A stretch of 64,000 bases of DNA from an uncultured Actinomycetota bacterium (GCA_963839955.1 CAWIXB010000001.1:469629-533628), one strand, 5' to 3'; shown: positions 10,581-21,207, counted from the stretch's first letter. Numbers and translations: made by a program. The notes: generated by a model from the sequence alone, not told the origin.

Positions 10581-11546
10581 GTGTCGCCAGGCGGACCGAT
10601 CTTCATCGTCGGCGCCATGGGGTCGGGAACGACCTTGATGCGCCTCATGCTCGACAGCCACGACGACATCGCGGTCCCCCAGGAGACCGGCATCATGCGG
10701 GCGGTCCAGGCGCAGAAGTGGATCCCTTACTGGAACTTCGGCGACAAGTGGTATCCCCGGCTCGGGGTCGATGAGAAGCAGCTCGACGTCATGCTGGGCG
10801 AGTTCTACGGGCAGATGTTCGAGCGCTACGCCGCCGAGCGAGGCAAGGTGCGATGGGGTGAGAAGACCCCGTGGCACGTCTGGCACATGCAGCAGATCAC
10901 CCAGCTCTGGCCGGACGCGGTCTTCGTCGCCATGGTGCGCCACCCCGGTGGCAACGTCGGCTCACTGATGACGCGCTTCACCTACGAGACCGACCCGGCC
11001 GTCTACCACTGGGCTCGCTACAACCGTGAGCTGCTGCGTCAGGCAGGAGCGCTGGGCAAGCGGTTCGCCCTCTGCCGCTACGAGGACCTCGTGCTCGACC
11101 CGCAGCGGACGATGCGCGAGCTGCTGGACTGGCTGGGCGAGCCATGGTCTCCGAAGGTGCTCGAGCACCACAATGTCCAGAAGGACCAGGGCGGGCCGAG
11201 CAAGGTGGAGGGCCGCACCCGTTCCGATGACCCCATCGACGTGGACCGCGTGCTCAAGTGGACCTCGGTGCTCGACGGCGACAGTCGCCGGTCGGTCTCC
11301 GACAAGGCCGGGCCGCTGATGCGGTTCTTCGGCTACTCGATGGACGACCCCGAGCGACTCACCCCGCTGGCAGAGTCCGGGTCCGGTCCGCAGGCCGTGG
11401 TGGACGGGCCGGCGCTGACGTCCCGGCTCCGTGACTTCTCCGACGTGGACCTCAGCGACCCGGCGGAGACGCCGCTCGCCGACGGGCCCCTGAACCCACG
11501 CAAGGTGACGCTGCGCCGCAAGCCTCCCGCGGCCCCGAAGAGCTAG
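10581..11546 (+). CDS. Sulfotransferase-family protein with variant PSB loop
   Basis: GAGGAGG RBS. PIFIVGAMGSGTTLMRL, PQET, WGEKTP, RHPGGNVGS, RYEDLVLDP. Confidence 0.8.
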   Translation: MSPGGPIFIVGAMGSGTTLMRLMLDSHDDIAVPQETGIMRAVQAQKWIPYWNFGDKWYPRLGVDEKQLDVMLGEFYGQMFERYAAERGKVRWGEKTPWHVWHMQQITQLWPDAVFVAMVRHPGGNVGSLMTRFTYETDPAVYHWARYNRELLRQAGALGKRFALCRYEDLVLDPQRTMRELLDWLGEPWSPKVLEHHNVQKDQGGPSKVEGRTRSDDPIDVDRVLKWTSVLDGDSRRSVSDKAGPLMRFFGYSMDDPERLTPLAESGSGPQAVVDGPALTSRLRDFSDVDLSDPAETPLADGPLNPRKVTLRRKPPAAPKS

Positions 11547-12868
11547 CTCTTCTTCGCTGCCTTCTGCCGAGCGATCCGCCTCTTGCGCTTCTTCCGGGGT
11601 GCGAGCTTCTTCCGCGGGACGTTGTCGGCGTTGTGCGGCACGTCATTCCAGTCCAGCCGACCTGGGTCGTCGCGTCGTCGCTCGCCGCGGGGCATTTCGT
11701 CGATCTCGGCGAGCAGCTCCTCCCAGCGCGCGCTGACGGCCTCGGCGCTGTACTGCTGCGACTTGCGCAACGCCGCCTCGCCCATCTTGCGGCGCCGCTC
11801 GGGGTCGACGATCAGGCTCTCGATCGCAGCCGCGAGACCGTCGATGTCGTGGTTGGTCACCAGCAGCCCGTCGACGTCGTGCTCGATGATGTCTGCCGGC
11901 CCGTGCTTGCAGTCGAAGCTCACCACCGGAAGCCCGCAGCCCATCGCCTCGATCAGCACGAGACCGAAGCCCTCGAAGCGGGAGCTGAGCGCGAAGATCG
12001 ACCCCTCGGAGAGCTTCTGCGGCAGCTGGTCGGTGAAGCCCATCAGGTGCATGTTGTCGGGCGCTGCCGACCGGGTGATGCGACCGCGGAGGCGCTTGCG
12101 CAGCTCTCCCTGGCCGTAGATGCGCAGGTGCCAGTCGGGGTGCTTCTGCGCCACCTTCTCGAACGCGTCGATCAACCGGTCGTAGCCCTTCTGGCGGACC
12201 AGCCGTCCGCCGGCGACCACGACCTTGTCCTCCGTCGTCGACCTCGCACCCCCGAGGTCGGTCACGGCGTTCGGCATCCAGCGGATCGGCACCGAGTGAC
12301 CCATGACCCGTTCCCAGTTGGCGGTGTCGGTCGGCGTCAGCGCGGTGACCATGTCGAGTCGCGGGAAGTAGTCCTCGATCGACTTGCGGAGGTTGGGGCC
12401 GTAGAGGTCGAGATGCAGGTGCTCCTGGCCGATGGCGAACACAGACGGCCGGGCGAGCCGGGCGACCGCAAGGTTGAGGCCCGACCGGGTGCCGATCAGC
12501 ACGCCGTCGTGCACCGATCGGATGTACTTCTGGATGGCGATGTCGGTGAGCCGGGAGAAGTGACGCCACCTGTTGTCATAGGGGTGGATCAGCTTGCTGC
12601 CCGTGTGGAAGCGGTACTGCTCGGTGCCGGGGATCCAACGGGTGCCCCGCGTCGGCCACTTCAACGACCGGTCGCGCACCGCGGGTGTGTCGATGAGAAG
12701 CCGCACCTTCACCCGCGGGTCGTGGGGGAAGACCGGCTCGGCATGGTTGCTGCCGACGCTGATGATCTCGACGTCGTGGTGGTCAGCCAACCGCGCGGTG
12801 GTGTCGACCGTGGTGCGAATGGTCCCGCCGGAGCCGAATGCGTTCATCATCAGAAATCGAATCTTCAA
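11543..12868 (-). CDS. GT4 (GT-B) glycosyltransferase
   Basis: GGTIRT, GQEH, GRLVRQKGYD, and SSRFEGFGLVLIEAMGCG (EX7E motif); TTG start; Lys/Arg-rich tail. Confidence 0.88.
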   Translation of the reverse strand: MKIRFLMMNAFGSGGTIRTTVDTTARLADHHDVEIISVGSNHAEPVFPHDPRVKVRLLIDTPAVRDRSLKWPTRGTRWIPGTEQYRFHTGSKLIHPYDNRWRHFSRLTDIAIQKYIRSVHDGVLIGTRSGLNLAVARLARPSVFAIGQEHLHLDLYGPNLRKSIEDYFPRLDMVTALTPTDTANWERVMGHSVPIRWMPNAVTDLGGARSTTEDKVVVAGGRLVRQKGYDRLIDAFEKVAQKHPDWHLRIYGQGELRKRLRGRITRSAAPDNMHLMGFTDQLPQKLSEGSIFALSSRFEGFGLVLIEAMGCGLPVVSFDCKHGPADIIEHDVDGLLVTNHDIDGLAAAIESLIVDPERRRKMGEAALRKSQQYSAEAVSARWEELLAEIDEMPRGERRRDDPGRLDWNDVPHNADNVPRKKLAPRKKRKRRIARQKAAKKS

Positions 12869-12983
12869 CGCGAGGGGCCTCCCAGCTCCGAGTGGCCACC
12901 AAGCCTACCGGCGGCCACCCCCCGCAGGGACGAGGCCCAGATGGGCCGGCGGCTATCCTTCCCCGAGCCATCGAGGAGGGTGT

Positions 12984-14054
12984 GTGGACGTCGCGAAGGA
13001 TGCCGGGTCGAACTCGGGACCCGTCTTCATCGTCGGATCGATGGGGTCGGGGACCACGTTGATGCGGCTGGTGATCGACAGCCACGAGAACATCGCCATC
13101 GCCCAGGAGACGGGGTTCGCCCGAGCGCTGCTGGCGCAGAAGTGGATCCCCTACTGGAAGCACGGCGGCGAGTGGTACGGCCGCATCGGCTACTCAGAGG
13201 CGCAGCTCGAGGAAGAGATGCGCGACTACTTCGACCACATGTTCCGCCGGTTCGCCGAGTCCCAGGGCAAGCCGCGCTGGGGCGACAAGACGCCGTGGCA
13301 CCTGTGGCACATGGAGATGCTCGCGTCGGTGTTTCCCGACGCGGCGTTCATCGGCACGTTGCGCCACCCCGGTGCCGTCGCGTCCTCACAGCGCAACAGG
13401 TTCGGCTGGGACTGGCACCGTTCGGTGCGCCACTGGGTGCGCTCCAACATCGAGCTCGCCTACACCGGCGCACGGCTCGGCAATCGCTTCAGCCTCTGTC
13501 GCTACGAGGACCTCGTCCTCGAGCCCGAGCGCACCATGCGTCCGGTGTTCGAGTGGCTCGGCGAGCCGTGGTCACCGCGCGTTCTCGAGCACCACGTCGT
13601 CCAGGGTCAGCGTGGCACTCGTCTCGAGGTCGAGGGCAACACTCGCGTCGACGACCCGATCGATCCCTCGCGCGTCGCCAAGTGGACGCAGTCGATGGAC
13701 GAGGAGGGCTGGTCCGAGCTGCGCAACCAGACGACGCACCTCTCCGATCTGTTCGGCTACCACGCGAACGACCCGATGGCGCTGGAGCCGTTGCTGCCCG
13801 GCGCTGGTGACGCGCTGGTCACCGGCGGGCCGCTGCAGGCACGCCTCGACGAGTTCGCCGACCGGGTCGACTGGGTGCACCGTCCGAAGCCCATCCCCGA
13901 GGACCGGCTGCTGAAGAAGATGCGACCGACGGTCGTGCAGGCCGCGCCTGACGGGTCGGTCGCCGCACTCGGGAGGCGAGCCGCCCGACGGCTGCCCGCA
14001 CCGGTGCGCGACCGGTTGCGTCGGCTGCGCGGCACCGTCCGTGCCCGCGGCTGA
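12984..14054 (+). CDS. Sulfotransferase-family protein with variant PSB loop (paralog of 10581-11546)
   Basis: GAGGAGG RBS. PVFIVGSMGSGTTLMRL, QETG, WGDKTPWH, RHPGAVASS, RYEDLVLEP. Confidence 0.8.
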   Translation: MDVAKDAGSNSGPVFIVGSMGSGTTLMRLVIDSHENIAIAQETGFARALLAQKWIPYWKHGGEWYGRIGYSEAQLEEEMRDYFDHMFRRFAESQGKPRWGDKTPWHLWHMEMLASVFPDAAFIGTLRHPGAVASSQRNRFGWDWHRSVRHWVRSNIELAYTGARLGNRFSLCRYEDLVLEPERTMRPVFEWLGEPWSPRVLEHHVVQGQRGTRLEVEGNTRVDDPIDPSRVAKWTQSMDEEGWSELRNQTTHLSDLFGYHANDPMALEPLLPGAGDALVTGGPLQARLDEFADRVDWVHRPKPIPEDRLLKKMRPTVVQAAPDGSVAALGRRAARRLPAPVRDRLRRLRGTVRARG

Positions 14055-14694
14055 CCTGCAGTTCCCGACCGTGGACACGCGTGCCGGGCCCCTCGTCGTG
14101 GGGTTCGACCTCGACATGACACTGATCGACACGCGCCCCGGCATCGCCGCGGTATGGGACGCGCTGTCGGCGGAGACGGGCGTGGCCATCGACAGCGCCG
14201 CGGCCGTGAGCCGGCTCGGCCCGCCGCTGGACACCGAGCTCGCGCACTGGTTCCCGGCGGACGCCCTGCCCGCCATGGGCGATCGCTTCCGCGCGCTCTA
14301 CCCGGGCCTGGCCGTCGAGCCGACGCCGCTGCTGCCCGGCGCGCGCGAGGCCGTCGACGCCGTGCACCATCACGACGGGCGGGTCGTGGTGGTCACCGGG
14401 AAGTACGCGCCCAACGCCCTGCTGCACCTCGAGCACCTCGGGCTGGACATCGACGAGGTCGTCGGCTGGTTGTGGGGGCCGGAGAAGGGCGAGGCGCTGC
14501 GCGAGCACGGCGCGTCGATCTACGTCGGTGATCATGTCGGTGACGTCGCCGGCGCCCACGCCGCCGGGTCGCTCAGCGTGGCTGTCGCCACCGGCCCGGT
14601 CTCGGCCGAGGCCCTCCGCGAGGCCGGCGCCGATGTCGTGCTCGACGACCTGCGCGGCTTCCCGACCTGGCTGGACGGCCACCTGCAGCCCTGA
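14041..14694 (+). CDS. HAD-family hydrolase (phosphoglycolate phosphatase-like)
   Basis: Motif [13 protein letters not shown], motif [10 protein letters not shown]. Confidence 0.85.
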   Translation: MPAADLQFPTVDTRAGPLVVGFDLDMTLIDTRPGIAAVWDALSAETGVAIDSAAAVSRLGPPLDTELAHWFPADALPAMGDRFRALYPGLAVEPTPLLPGAREAVDAVHHHDGRVVVVTGKYAPNALLHLEHLGLDIDEVVGWLWGPEKGEALREHGASIYVGDHVGDVAGAHAAGSLSVAVATGPVSAEALREAGADVVLDDLRGFPTWLDGHLQP

Positions 14695-14824
14695 GGACCG
14701 CCACGACGGGACGTTGCGGCGGCGAAACCGGCGCGAGGCTGCCCGGATCGGGCGTTATCCTGTACGGCCGCAACCACCCCGGCTGCGGGACACCATGATC
14801 GACTCGACGAGCAAGAGGTCCACC

Positions 14825-15208
14825 GTGCCTACCGGCAAGGTCAAGTGGTACGACACCGACAAGGGTTTCGGGTTCCTGACCCGCGATGACGGCGGTGACG
14901 TCTTCGTGCACTCCTCGGCCCTGCCCGAGGGCGTGCCCGCCCTCAAGCCCGGCTCCCGGGTGGAGTTCGGCATCGTCGACGGCCGGCGCGGCGAACAGGC
15001 CCTGACCGTGAACCTGCTCGACCCGCTGCCCTCCATGGCCGCGAGCTCGCGCAAGTCGGCCGACGAGATGTCGATCATCGTCGAGGACGTGATCAAGCTC
15101 CTCGACGGCGTGGGCAACACCCTTCGCCGGGGCCGCTACCCGGACAAGACCGTGGCCAAGAAGACGGCGACGGTATTGCGCGCCGTCGCGAGCGACCTGG
15201 AGGCCTGA
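14825..15208 (+). CDS. Cold-shock domain protein with actinobacterial C-terminal extension (CspB-like)
   Basis: (V)[12 protein letters not shown]1 KGFGFL, RNP2 DVFVH; helical tail LRRGRYPD. Confidence 0.9.
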   Translation: MPTGKVKWYDTDKGFGFLTRDDGGDVFVHSSALPEGVPALKPGSRVEFGIVDGRRGEQALTVNLLDPLPSMAASSRKSADEMSIIVEDVIKLLDGVGNTLRRGRYPDKTVAKKTATVLRAVASDLEA

Positions 15209-15211
15209 GCC

Positions 15212-16567
15212 TCAGGCCGGGCGCGGGTCGCGGCCGTGCGCGACCATCGCGCGGATGGTGATCACCAGCATCACGACGAGGCCGATCGCCGCGAGCCCCA
15301 GCCCGAAGTGGCCGTTGAGGGGCAGCACGATGCCGATGGCCCCGCCGATGACCCAGGAGAGCTGGAGCACGGTCTCGGACCGCGCGAACGCCGACGTGCG
15401 GATCGCCTCGGGCACCTCCCGCTGGATCACCGCGTCGAGCGAGAGCTTGCCGAGCGACTGGGCCAGTCCGGCTGCAGCAGCGACGCCGAGCACGCTCCAC
15501 AGGCCGTAGAGCAGCGCCCCGGCCACGGCGGCCACGGTGAGGATGGCGAGCACGATCACGATCACCGTCTCCGGGGCCCGGGTGCGCAGCCGTGACCCGA
15601 TGGTGGTCCCCACGGTGCTGCCCAGCCCCGCGGCGCCGACCACGATCGCGATCGCCGTCGTGTCGTCGAGCCCGCCGATGGGCTGCTCGCGGAGCAGGAA
15701 GGCCAGGAACATCGTCAGGAAGCCGGAGAACGCGCGGAGGGCGCCGTTGGCCCGCAGGGCAGCGACGACCTCCGCGCCGACGCTGGCGCTGCGCGGGATC
15801 GGCCCGGTGTTGTCGAGGGAGAGGGTGGTCCGCTCCTCACCGACGGAGGAGTCGACGCGCGCGGGCAGGCGCAGCGCCAGCACCATGCCGGTGCCGAAGA
15901 CGAGGAAGGCCGCCCGCAGGGGCCACGACGGTCCGATGGTCGACAGCGCGGCCGCGAGGCCGGCGCCGAGGGCGCCCGCGATGATGCCGGACAGCGAGAT
16001 GCGCGAGTTGACTGCCACCAGCGTGACCCCGGCGGGCAGCAGGCGCGGCACCGTCGCCGACCTGGTGACGCCATAGGCCTTGGACGAGACCAGGCAGCCG
16101 AACGCAGCGGGGTAGAGCGAGAGATCGCCGCCGTCGATCGACCCGGCCATGACCCAGACCAGGAAGCAGCGCGTCAGCATCGTGGCCGCGATCGCGTAGC
16201 GGCGGCCGTGACGGACGCGGTCGAGGAGCGGGCCGATGACCGGCGCCATGAGGGCGAACGGCGCCATCGTGATCAGCAGATAGAGGGCCACCCGGCCGCG
16301 TGCCTCACCGGTGGGCACGGAGAAGAACAGCGTGTTGGCCAGCGCAACCGCGACCATCGCGTCGCCGGCGGTGTTGACGGCGTGCAGCTCGATGAGGCGG
16401 CCGAGGCCGGACTCGCCGGCGCCGTGAGCGTGGGTGACCCGGCGTACCCGCTTGCCGGCGCCCACCGCCGTCGCACGCGAGCGACGGGCCGCGCTGCGGG
16501 TACGACGTGCGGCAGAGCGGGAGAAATCACCCAGCCGCTCCCTCCGCGTGTCACCCACGACGACCAT
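15212..16567 (-). CDS. MFS-type membrane protein (Rv0876c-like)
   Basis: GAGESGL...AVALANTLFF, VALYLLITMAPFA, AFARSET, multiple TM segments; divergent from DUF3027. Start approximate. Confidence 0.75.
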   Translation of the reverse strand: MVVVGDTRRERLGDFSRSAARRTRSAARRSRATAVGAGKRVRRVTHAHGAGESGLGRLIELHAVNTAGDAMVAVALANTLFFSVPTGEARGRVALYLLITMAPFALMAPVIGPLLDRVRHGRRYAIAATMLTRCFLVWVMAGSIDGGDLSLYPAAFGCLVSSKAYGVTRSATVPRLLPAGVTLVAVNSRISLSGIIAGALGAGLAAALSTIGPSWPLRAAFLVFGTGMVLALRLPARVDSSVGEERTTLSLDNTGPIPRSASVGAEVVAALRANGALRAFSGFLTMFLAFLLREQPIGGLDDTTAIAIVVGAAGLGSTVGTTIGSRLRTRAPETVIVIVLAILTVAAVAGALLYGLWSVLGVAAAAGLAQSLGKLSLDAVIQREVPEAIRTSAFARSETVLQLSWVIGGAIGIVLPLNGHFGLGLAAIGLVVMLVITIRAMVAHGRDPRPA

Positions 16568-16614
16568 CCTGCCGGTTCGCACGGACGGCCCTTCATGGGG
16601 GAGAATGTCGGCTC

Positions 16615-17436
16615 GTGACGACGACGACCTCCCGATCACCCGCCAAGGACGCCGTCTGCGCCGCCGCGGTCGACCTCGCCAGAGCGGTGGCCGAGGACGT
16701 CGGAGCGCCCGACGAGGTCGGCGAGCACCTCGGGAGCAAGCCCGACGGCGAGCGCATCGTCACCCACTACTTCACCTGTCTCGCGCCCGGCTACCAGGGC
16801 TGGCAGTGGGCCGTCACCGTGACCCGCGCCCCCCGCAGCAAGACCGTCACGGTCACCGAGTCGGTGCTGCTGCCGGGGGAGGGCGCACTGCTCTCGCCCA
16901 CGTGGGTGCCGTGGAGCGAGCGGCTCGAACCCGGTGACCTCGGCGTCGGCGACCTGCTGCCGACCCATGTGGACGACGAGCGCCTGGAGCCCGGCTACAC
17001 CCAGACCGACGACGAGGACGCCGACAAGGTGGCGGTCCCGGAGCTCGGCCTCGGCCGGGCGCGGGTGCTCTCCCAGATCGGTCGCGACGACGCTGCCGAC
17101 CGGTGGTACTCCGGCGACCACGGACCACACGCGCCGATCGCCGCAGCAGCGCCCGCGACCTGCGCGTCCTGCGGGTTCCTCATGCTGATGGCCGGGTCGC
17201 TGCGCCGGGCCTTCGGCGTCTGCGCCAACGAGTACTCCCCGAGCGACGGCCGGGTCGTGTCCGTCGACCACGGCTGCGGCGCGCACTCGGAGGCCGCGGT
17301 CATGCCGGGCTCGGGCCAGGCAACTGGCCCGCTCGTCGACGAGCTCGGCTACGACATGGTCGCGCTGCGTCCGACGGAGCACTCGCCCGGATCCGTCGCC
17401 GACGCGGACCCGGCCGAGGACCTCGGTCACTCCTGA
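16615..17436 (+). CDS. DUF3027 domain protein
   Basis: PGYQGWQWAVT, LLPGE-ALLSPTWVPWSERL-PGDLG-GDLL, and a Cys/His cluster CASCGF...CAN...HGCGAHS. Confidence 0.85.
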   Translation: MTTTTSRSPAKDAVCAAAVDLARAVAEDVGAPDEVGEHLGSKPDGERIVTHYFTCLAPGYQGWQWAVTVTRAPRSKTVTVTESVLLPGEGALLSPTWVPWSERLEPGDLGVGDLLPTHVDDERLEPGYTQTDDEDADKVAVPELGLGRARVLSQIGRDDAADRWYSGDHGPHAPIAAAAPATCASCGFLMLMAGSLRRAFGVCANEYSPSDGRVVSVDHGCGAHSEAAVMPGSGQATGPLVDELGYDMVALRPTEHSPGSVADADPAEDLGHS

Positions 17437-17452
17437 GGCCGGTGCGACCGGC

Positions 17453-20351
17453 GTGGACCCCTTCGGCACCGCCGACCTGCGCGCCCGGGTGCTCGACGCG
17501 TGGGCTGCCTCGCCCGCGCGCTTCCGGGAGGACGCCAACGCCGAGGAGGACCTGGCCCTCGGCGGCTACCGCGACCGCCTCGTCGTCGAGCTCGCGCAGA
17601 ACGCCGCCGACGCGGCGCTGCGCGCCGATGTTCCGGGCCGGCTGCATGCTCCGGCTTGCTGACGGCGTGCTGCGCGCGTCGAACACCGGCGCGGTGCTCG
17701 ACGCGGGAGGCGTGGCGTCGCTCTCGTCGCTTCGCGCTTCGGCCAAGCGCGACGACGCCGCGTCGATCGGGCGCTTCGGCGTCGGCTTCGCGGCCGTGCT
17801 CGCGGTCACCGACGAGCCGGCGATCGCCTCGAGCACCGGAGCCGTCCGGTGGTCGGACGAGTCAGCACGGGACGCGGTCGAGGCACGCAGCGCGGTCGAC
17901 GGGGCCGGGCTGGCCGACGAGCTGGCCCGTCGACGCGGGCACCTCCCGGCGCTGCGGCTGCCCTTCCCGGCCGACGACCAGCCCGACGAGGGATTCGCGA
18001 CGACGGTGATCCTGCCGCTGCGGGACGCCGCCGCCGAGTCGCTGGTGCGGAGCCTGCTCGACGACGTCGACGACGCGCTGCTGCTGGCCATGCCCGCGCT
18101 CACCGAGATCGTCGTCGAGGCGGACGGCGCCCGCCGGGTCGTCGAGGGCGTCGAGCGCTGGCACGCCGTACGCCGGGAGGGTCGGCTGGACCCCGCGCTC
18201 CTCGCCGGACGCCCCACGGAGGAGCGGGACCGGCCATGGTGGTCGCTGTGCTGGGCACTGCCGAACGCCGGCCAGCCGGTGCCGGCCACCGTGCACGCGC
18301 CCACGCCGACGGACGAGCCGCTCGACCTCCCGGCCCTGCTCGTCTGCTCGTTCCCGCTCGACCCGACCCGGCGCCATGTCGCGCCGGGGCCGCTCACCGA
18401 CTTCCTCGTCGGCAGGGCAGCCGAGGCCTACGTCGAGCTCGCCACGGGGGCCGCCGACCCGGTCGCGCTGGTGCCGGGCCCGGTGCCCGCAGGAGCGCTC
18501 GACGCCGCGCTGCGATCGGCCGTCGTCGCGGCGCTGGCCGACGCGCCGCTGCTGGAGGCCCGCGACGGCCGGCGGGTGCGTCCGCGGGACGCCGTGTCCG
18601 TGATCGGGGCGGACGGACGGCTGCGCACCGTGCTGGCACCGGTGCTCGACCCGCTCGTGCCCGATGCGCGCGCGCTCGACCGGCTCGGCACCCGGCGGCT
18701 CACGCTCGCCGACGTCGTCGATCGCCTCGTCGAGCTCGACCGTGAACCGTCGTGGTGGCACGGTCTCTACGACGCACTGGCCGGGCTGCCCGAGAGCGGC
18801 GACGTCCTGGCGGCGCTGCCCGTCCCGCTCGCCGACGGCCGGCTGGTGCGAGGGCCGCGTGGACTGCTGCAGCCCGTGATCCCGCTGCCGCCGGGTCTCG
18901 AGCCGCTCGGGCTGCGCGTCGTGCATCCCCAGGCTGCGCACCCCTTGCTGGTTCGGGCCGGCGCGCTCGAGGCCGACGCCCGCACCGTCCTGGAGGACCC
19001 GGCGGTCCGGGCGGTCGTCGAGGCCGACGGCGATGATGGCGAGGCCGGCGAGGTGGCGGAGGCGGTGCTCGGGCTGGTGGCGGCCGCCCACCTGCGCGTC
19101 GGCGAGCTGCCGTGGCTCGGTGACCTGCTGCTGGAGGACGAGGAGGGTGAGCCCGCCCCGGCCCGCGACCTCGTGCTGCCCGGCTCGCCGGTCGAGCAGG
19201 TCGCTGAGACCGACGCGCTCGCCCGGCCGGCACCTGCGTTGCTGGATCGGTGGGACGACGACGTGCTCGCGGCGGTGGGCGTCGTGACGACGTTCAGCAC
19301 GCTCGTCGACACCGACGTCTCGCTCGACGACTGCGACCACGACCTCGATGACGAGGACGGCTGGGTGCGTGACGCGTTCGACGGCCTTCCCGGTGAGGAC
19401 ATGCCGCCAGTGCTGCCCGAGCTGGTCGCGGTGCGCGACCTCGACGTCGTCCGCGACGACGCCTGGCCCCAGGTGCTGGGCTGGCTTGCGGCCGACCCCG
19501 CACTGCGCGCCGCAGTGATCGAGCCGGCCCGGCTGCTGCTCGGTGGCGGGCGATCGGCCGAGACCACGTCGTACACCGCCTGGTGGCTGCGGCGGCACGC
19601 GCGCATCGACGGCAAGCCGCCCACGGACCTGTCCACCCCGGCTGACCCGTTGCTCGCCGGGCTCTTCGACGTGGTTCGCACCGACGTCGACGACGCATTC
19701 CTGCGAGCTCTCGGGGTGCGCACCTCGCTCCCGGCGCTGCTGGCCGAGCGCGGCGGCGCCGAGGACCTGCTGGCGCGCCTCGCCGACGAGAGCCGCCCGG
19801 TGACCGCCGCCGCACTGAGCGAGCTCTACGACGCCCTCGCCCGGGTGGATCCCGACGACGTCGAGCCTCCCTCGCGGGTGCGCGTCGCGCCCGACCATGT
19901 CGTGGCGGCCGACGACGCGCTCGTTGTCGACGTGCCGTCGCACCTGCAGCTGCGCTGGCCTACGCCGCCGTTGGTCGTCGGGCTCTCGGGGGCGAGCGCG
20001 CTGGCCGAGGTGCTCGACCTCGCACTCACCAGCTCGCGCGTGCCGGCGACCGCCGTCCCGGGCGGAACGGCGCAGCCGGTGCCCGCATCGGCCCATGAGC
20101 TGGTCGACGGGCTGCCGGAGCAGTGGTGGGAGCACGACGACCTCGTCGTAGCGGGTACGCCGGTCGAATGGTGGACCGGCCCGGACGGCGCGGTGCACGC
20201 GTGCACCCGGGACGGCCTGGCGCGTGGCCTCGCGTGGTCGTCGGGCCGGTGGGAGCTGCGACTCCTGCTGGCGGCGGCGCTGGCCGACCCCGGACGGGTC
20301 GCGGAGCTCGACGCGGAGCGCAGGCTGGAGGACCCGCGACGGTCGTCCTAG
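17453..20351 (+). pseudogene. Sacsin-N/GHKL-type ATPase domain protein, split by a single-base frameshift near 17645
   Basis: ORF 17453-17662 has YRDRLVVELAQNAADA (GHKL N-box). The continuation LRLADGVLRASNTG...IGRFGVGF lies in another frame that is open to 20351. Confidence 0.72.
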
Positions 20352-20382
20352 TCGTCCGCGCGGGCGAGGCCACCCACCGGGG

Positions 20383-20787
20383 TCATACCTCCGCGCTCGT
20401 CCGGACGTTCTTGTCCTGGGTGAGGCCCACGCCCAGCAGCAGCAGCGCGCTCGCGAGGTGCAGGACGTTGTCCGCCCCGTTGAGCGCCAGGATGTTGGCG
20501 TCGCTGTCGAGCAGGAACAACCCCACGACGCCGACCAGCAGGTAGACGCCACCGACCAGGGTGTTCGCACCCTTGGCCGTCGTCACGGTGCGGCTCGCGA
20601 AGAGCAGCAGGGCGCCGATGAGCAGGTGGACGATGTTGTGCAGGGGGTTGACGTCGAAGATGATCAGCGACTCGCCGTCGGTGCCGGCGAAGTCGACGCC
20701 GCTCGTCACGGCGAAGCCGGCGACACCGACCAGGAGATAGACGACTCCGAACACCGTGCCGAGCAGGCGGTTCGGTGAGCTGGACAT
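20383..20787 (-). CDS. Small membrane protein, DUF4383-like
   Basis: MSSSPNRLLGTVFGVVYLLVG...FDVNPLHNIVHLLIG...NGADNVLH; GGAAGGA RBS. Confidence 0.78.
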   Translation of the reverse strand: MSSSPNRLLGTVFGVVYLLVGVAGFAVTSGVDFAGTDGESLIIFDVNPLHNIVHLLIGALLLFASRTVTTAKGANTLVGGVYLLVGVVGLFLLDSDANILALNGADNVLHLASALLLLGVGLTQDKNVRTSAEV

Positions 20788-20863
20788 GCGTGATTCCTTC
20801 CCGGGCCGCCGACCTGGCGCCCTCGTCACTGCTTGGTTCGGAGCGGCGCGGGGAGCGGATGGG

Positions 20864-21112
20864 TCAGTCGGGAGCGTGGCCGTCCCGCCGCACCGCGTTG
20901 CGGCGACGACGTACGTAACGGATGCCGGGCAGGCCGAGAAACGAGCCCGCCAGCAGCACGCCGATCCAGCTCTCGTTGCCGCCGTCGGCGAGCCGGTCAC
21001 GGAAGAGGAGAGCGAGCCCGAGACAGACGAACCACACCACGGTCCCGGCCGTGACGACCCCGACGCCGTCGGTGGAGTGTGGTGGCGGGTCGGTCCGGCG
21101 CGGCGGGGGCAT
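20864..21112 (-). CDS. DUF2530-like two-TM small protein
   Basis: Pro-rich start, VVTAGTVVW, two hydrophobic helices, basic tail; backbone position near MarR. Confidence 0.7.
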   Translation of the reverse strand: MPPPRRTDPPPHSTDGVGVVTAGTVVWFVCLGLALLFRDRLADGGNESWIGVLLAGSFLGLPGIRYVRRRRNAVRRDGHAPD

Positions 21113-21207
21113 GTCAGCAGGCTACTTCTGGCACCCTGGCCGACGAGCGTCCGACGCTCGTCCCTGTCCCCTGTCGCGACGTGTGCGACCCGGACCTGCG
21201 AGGGCCG

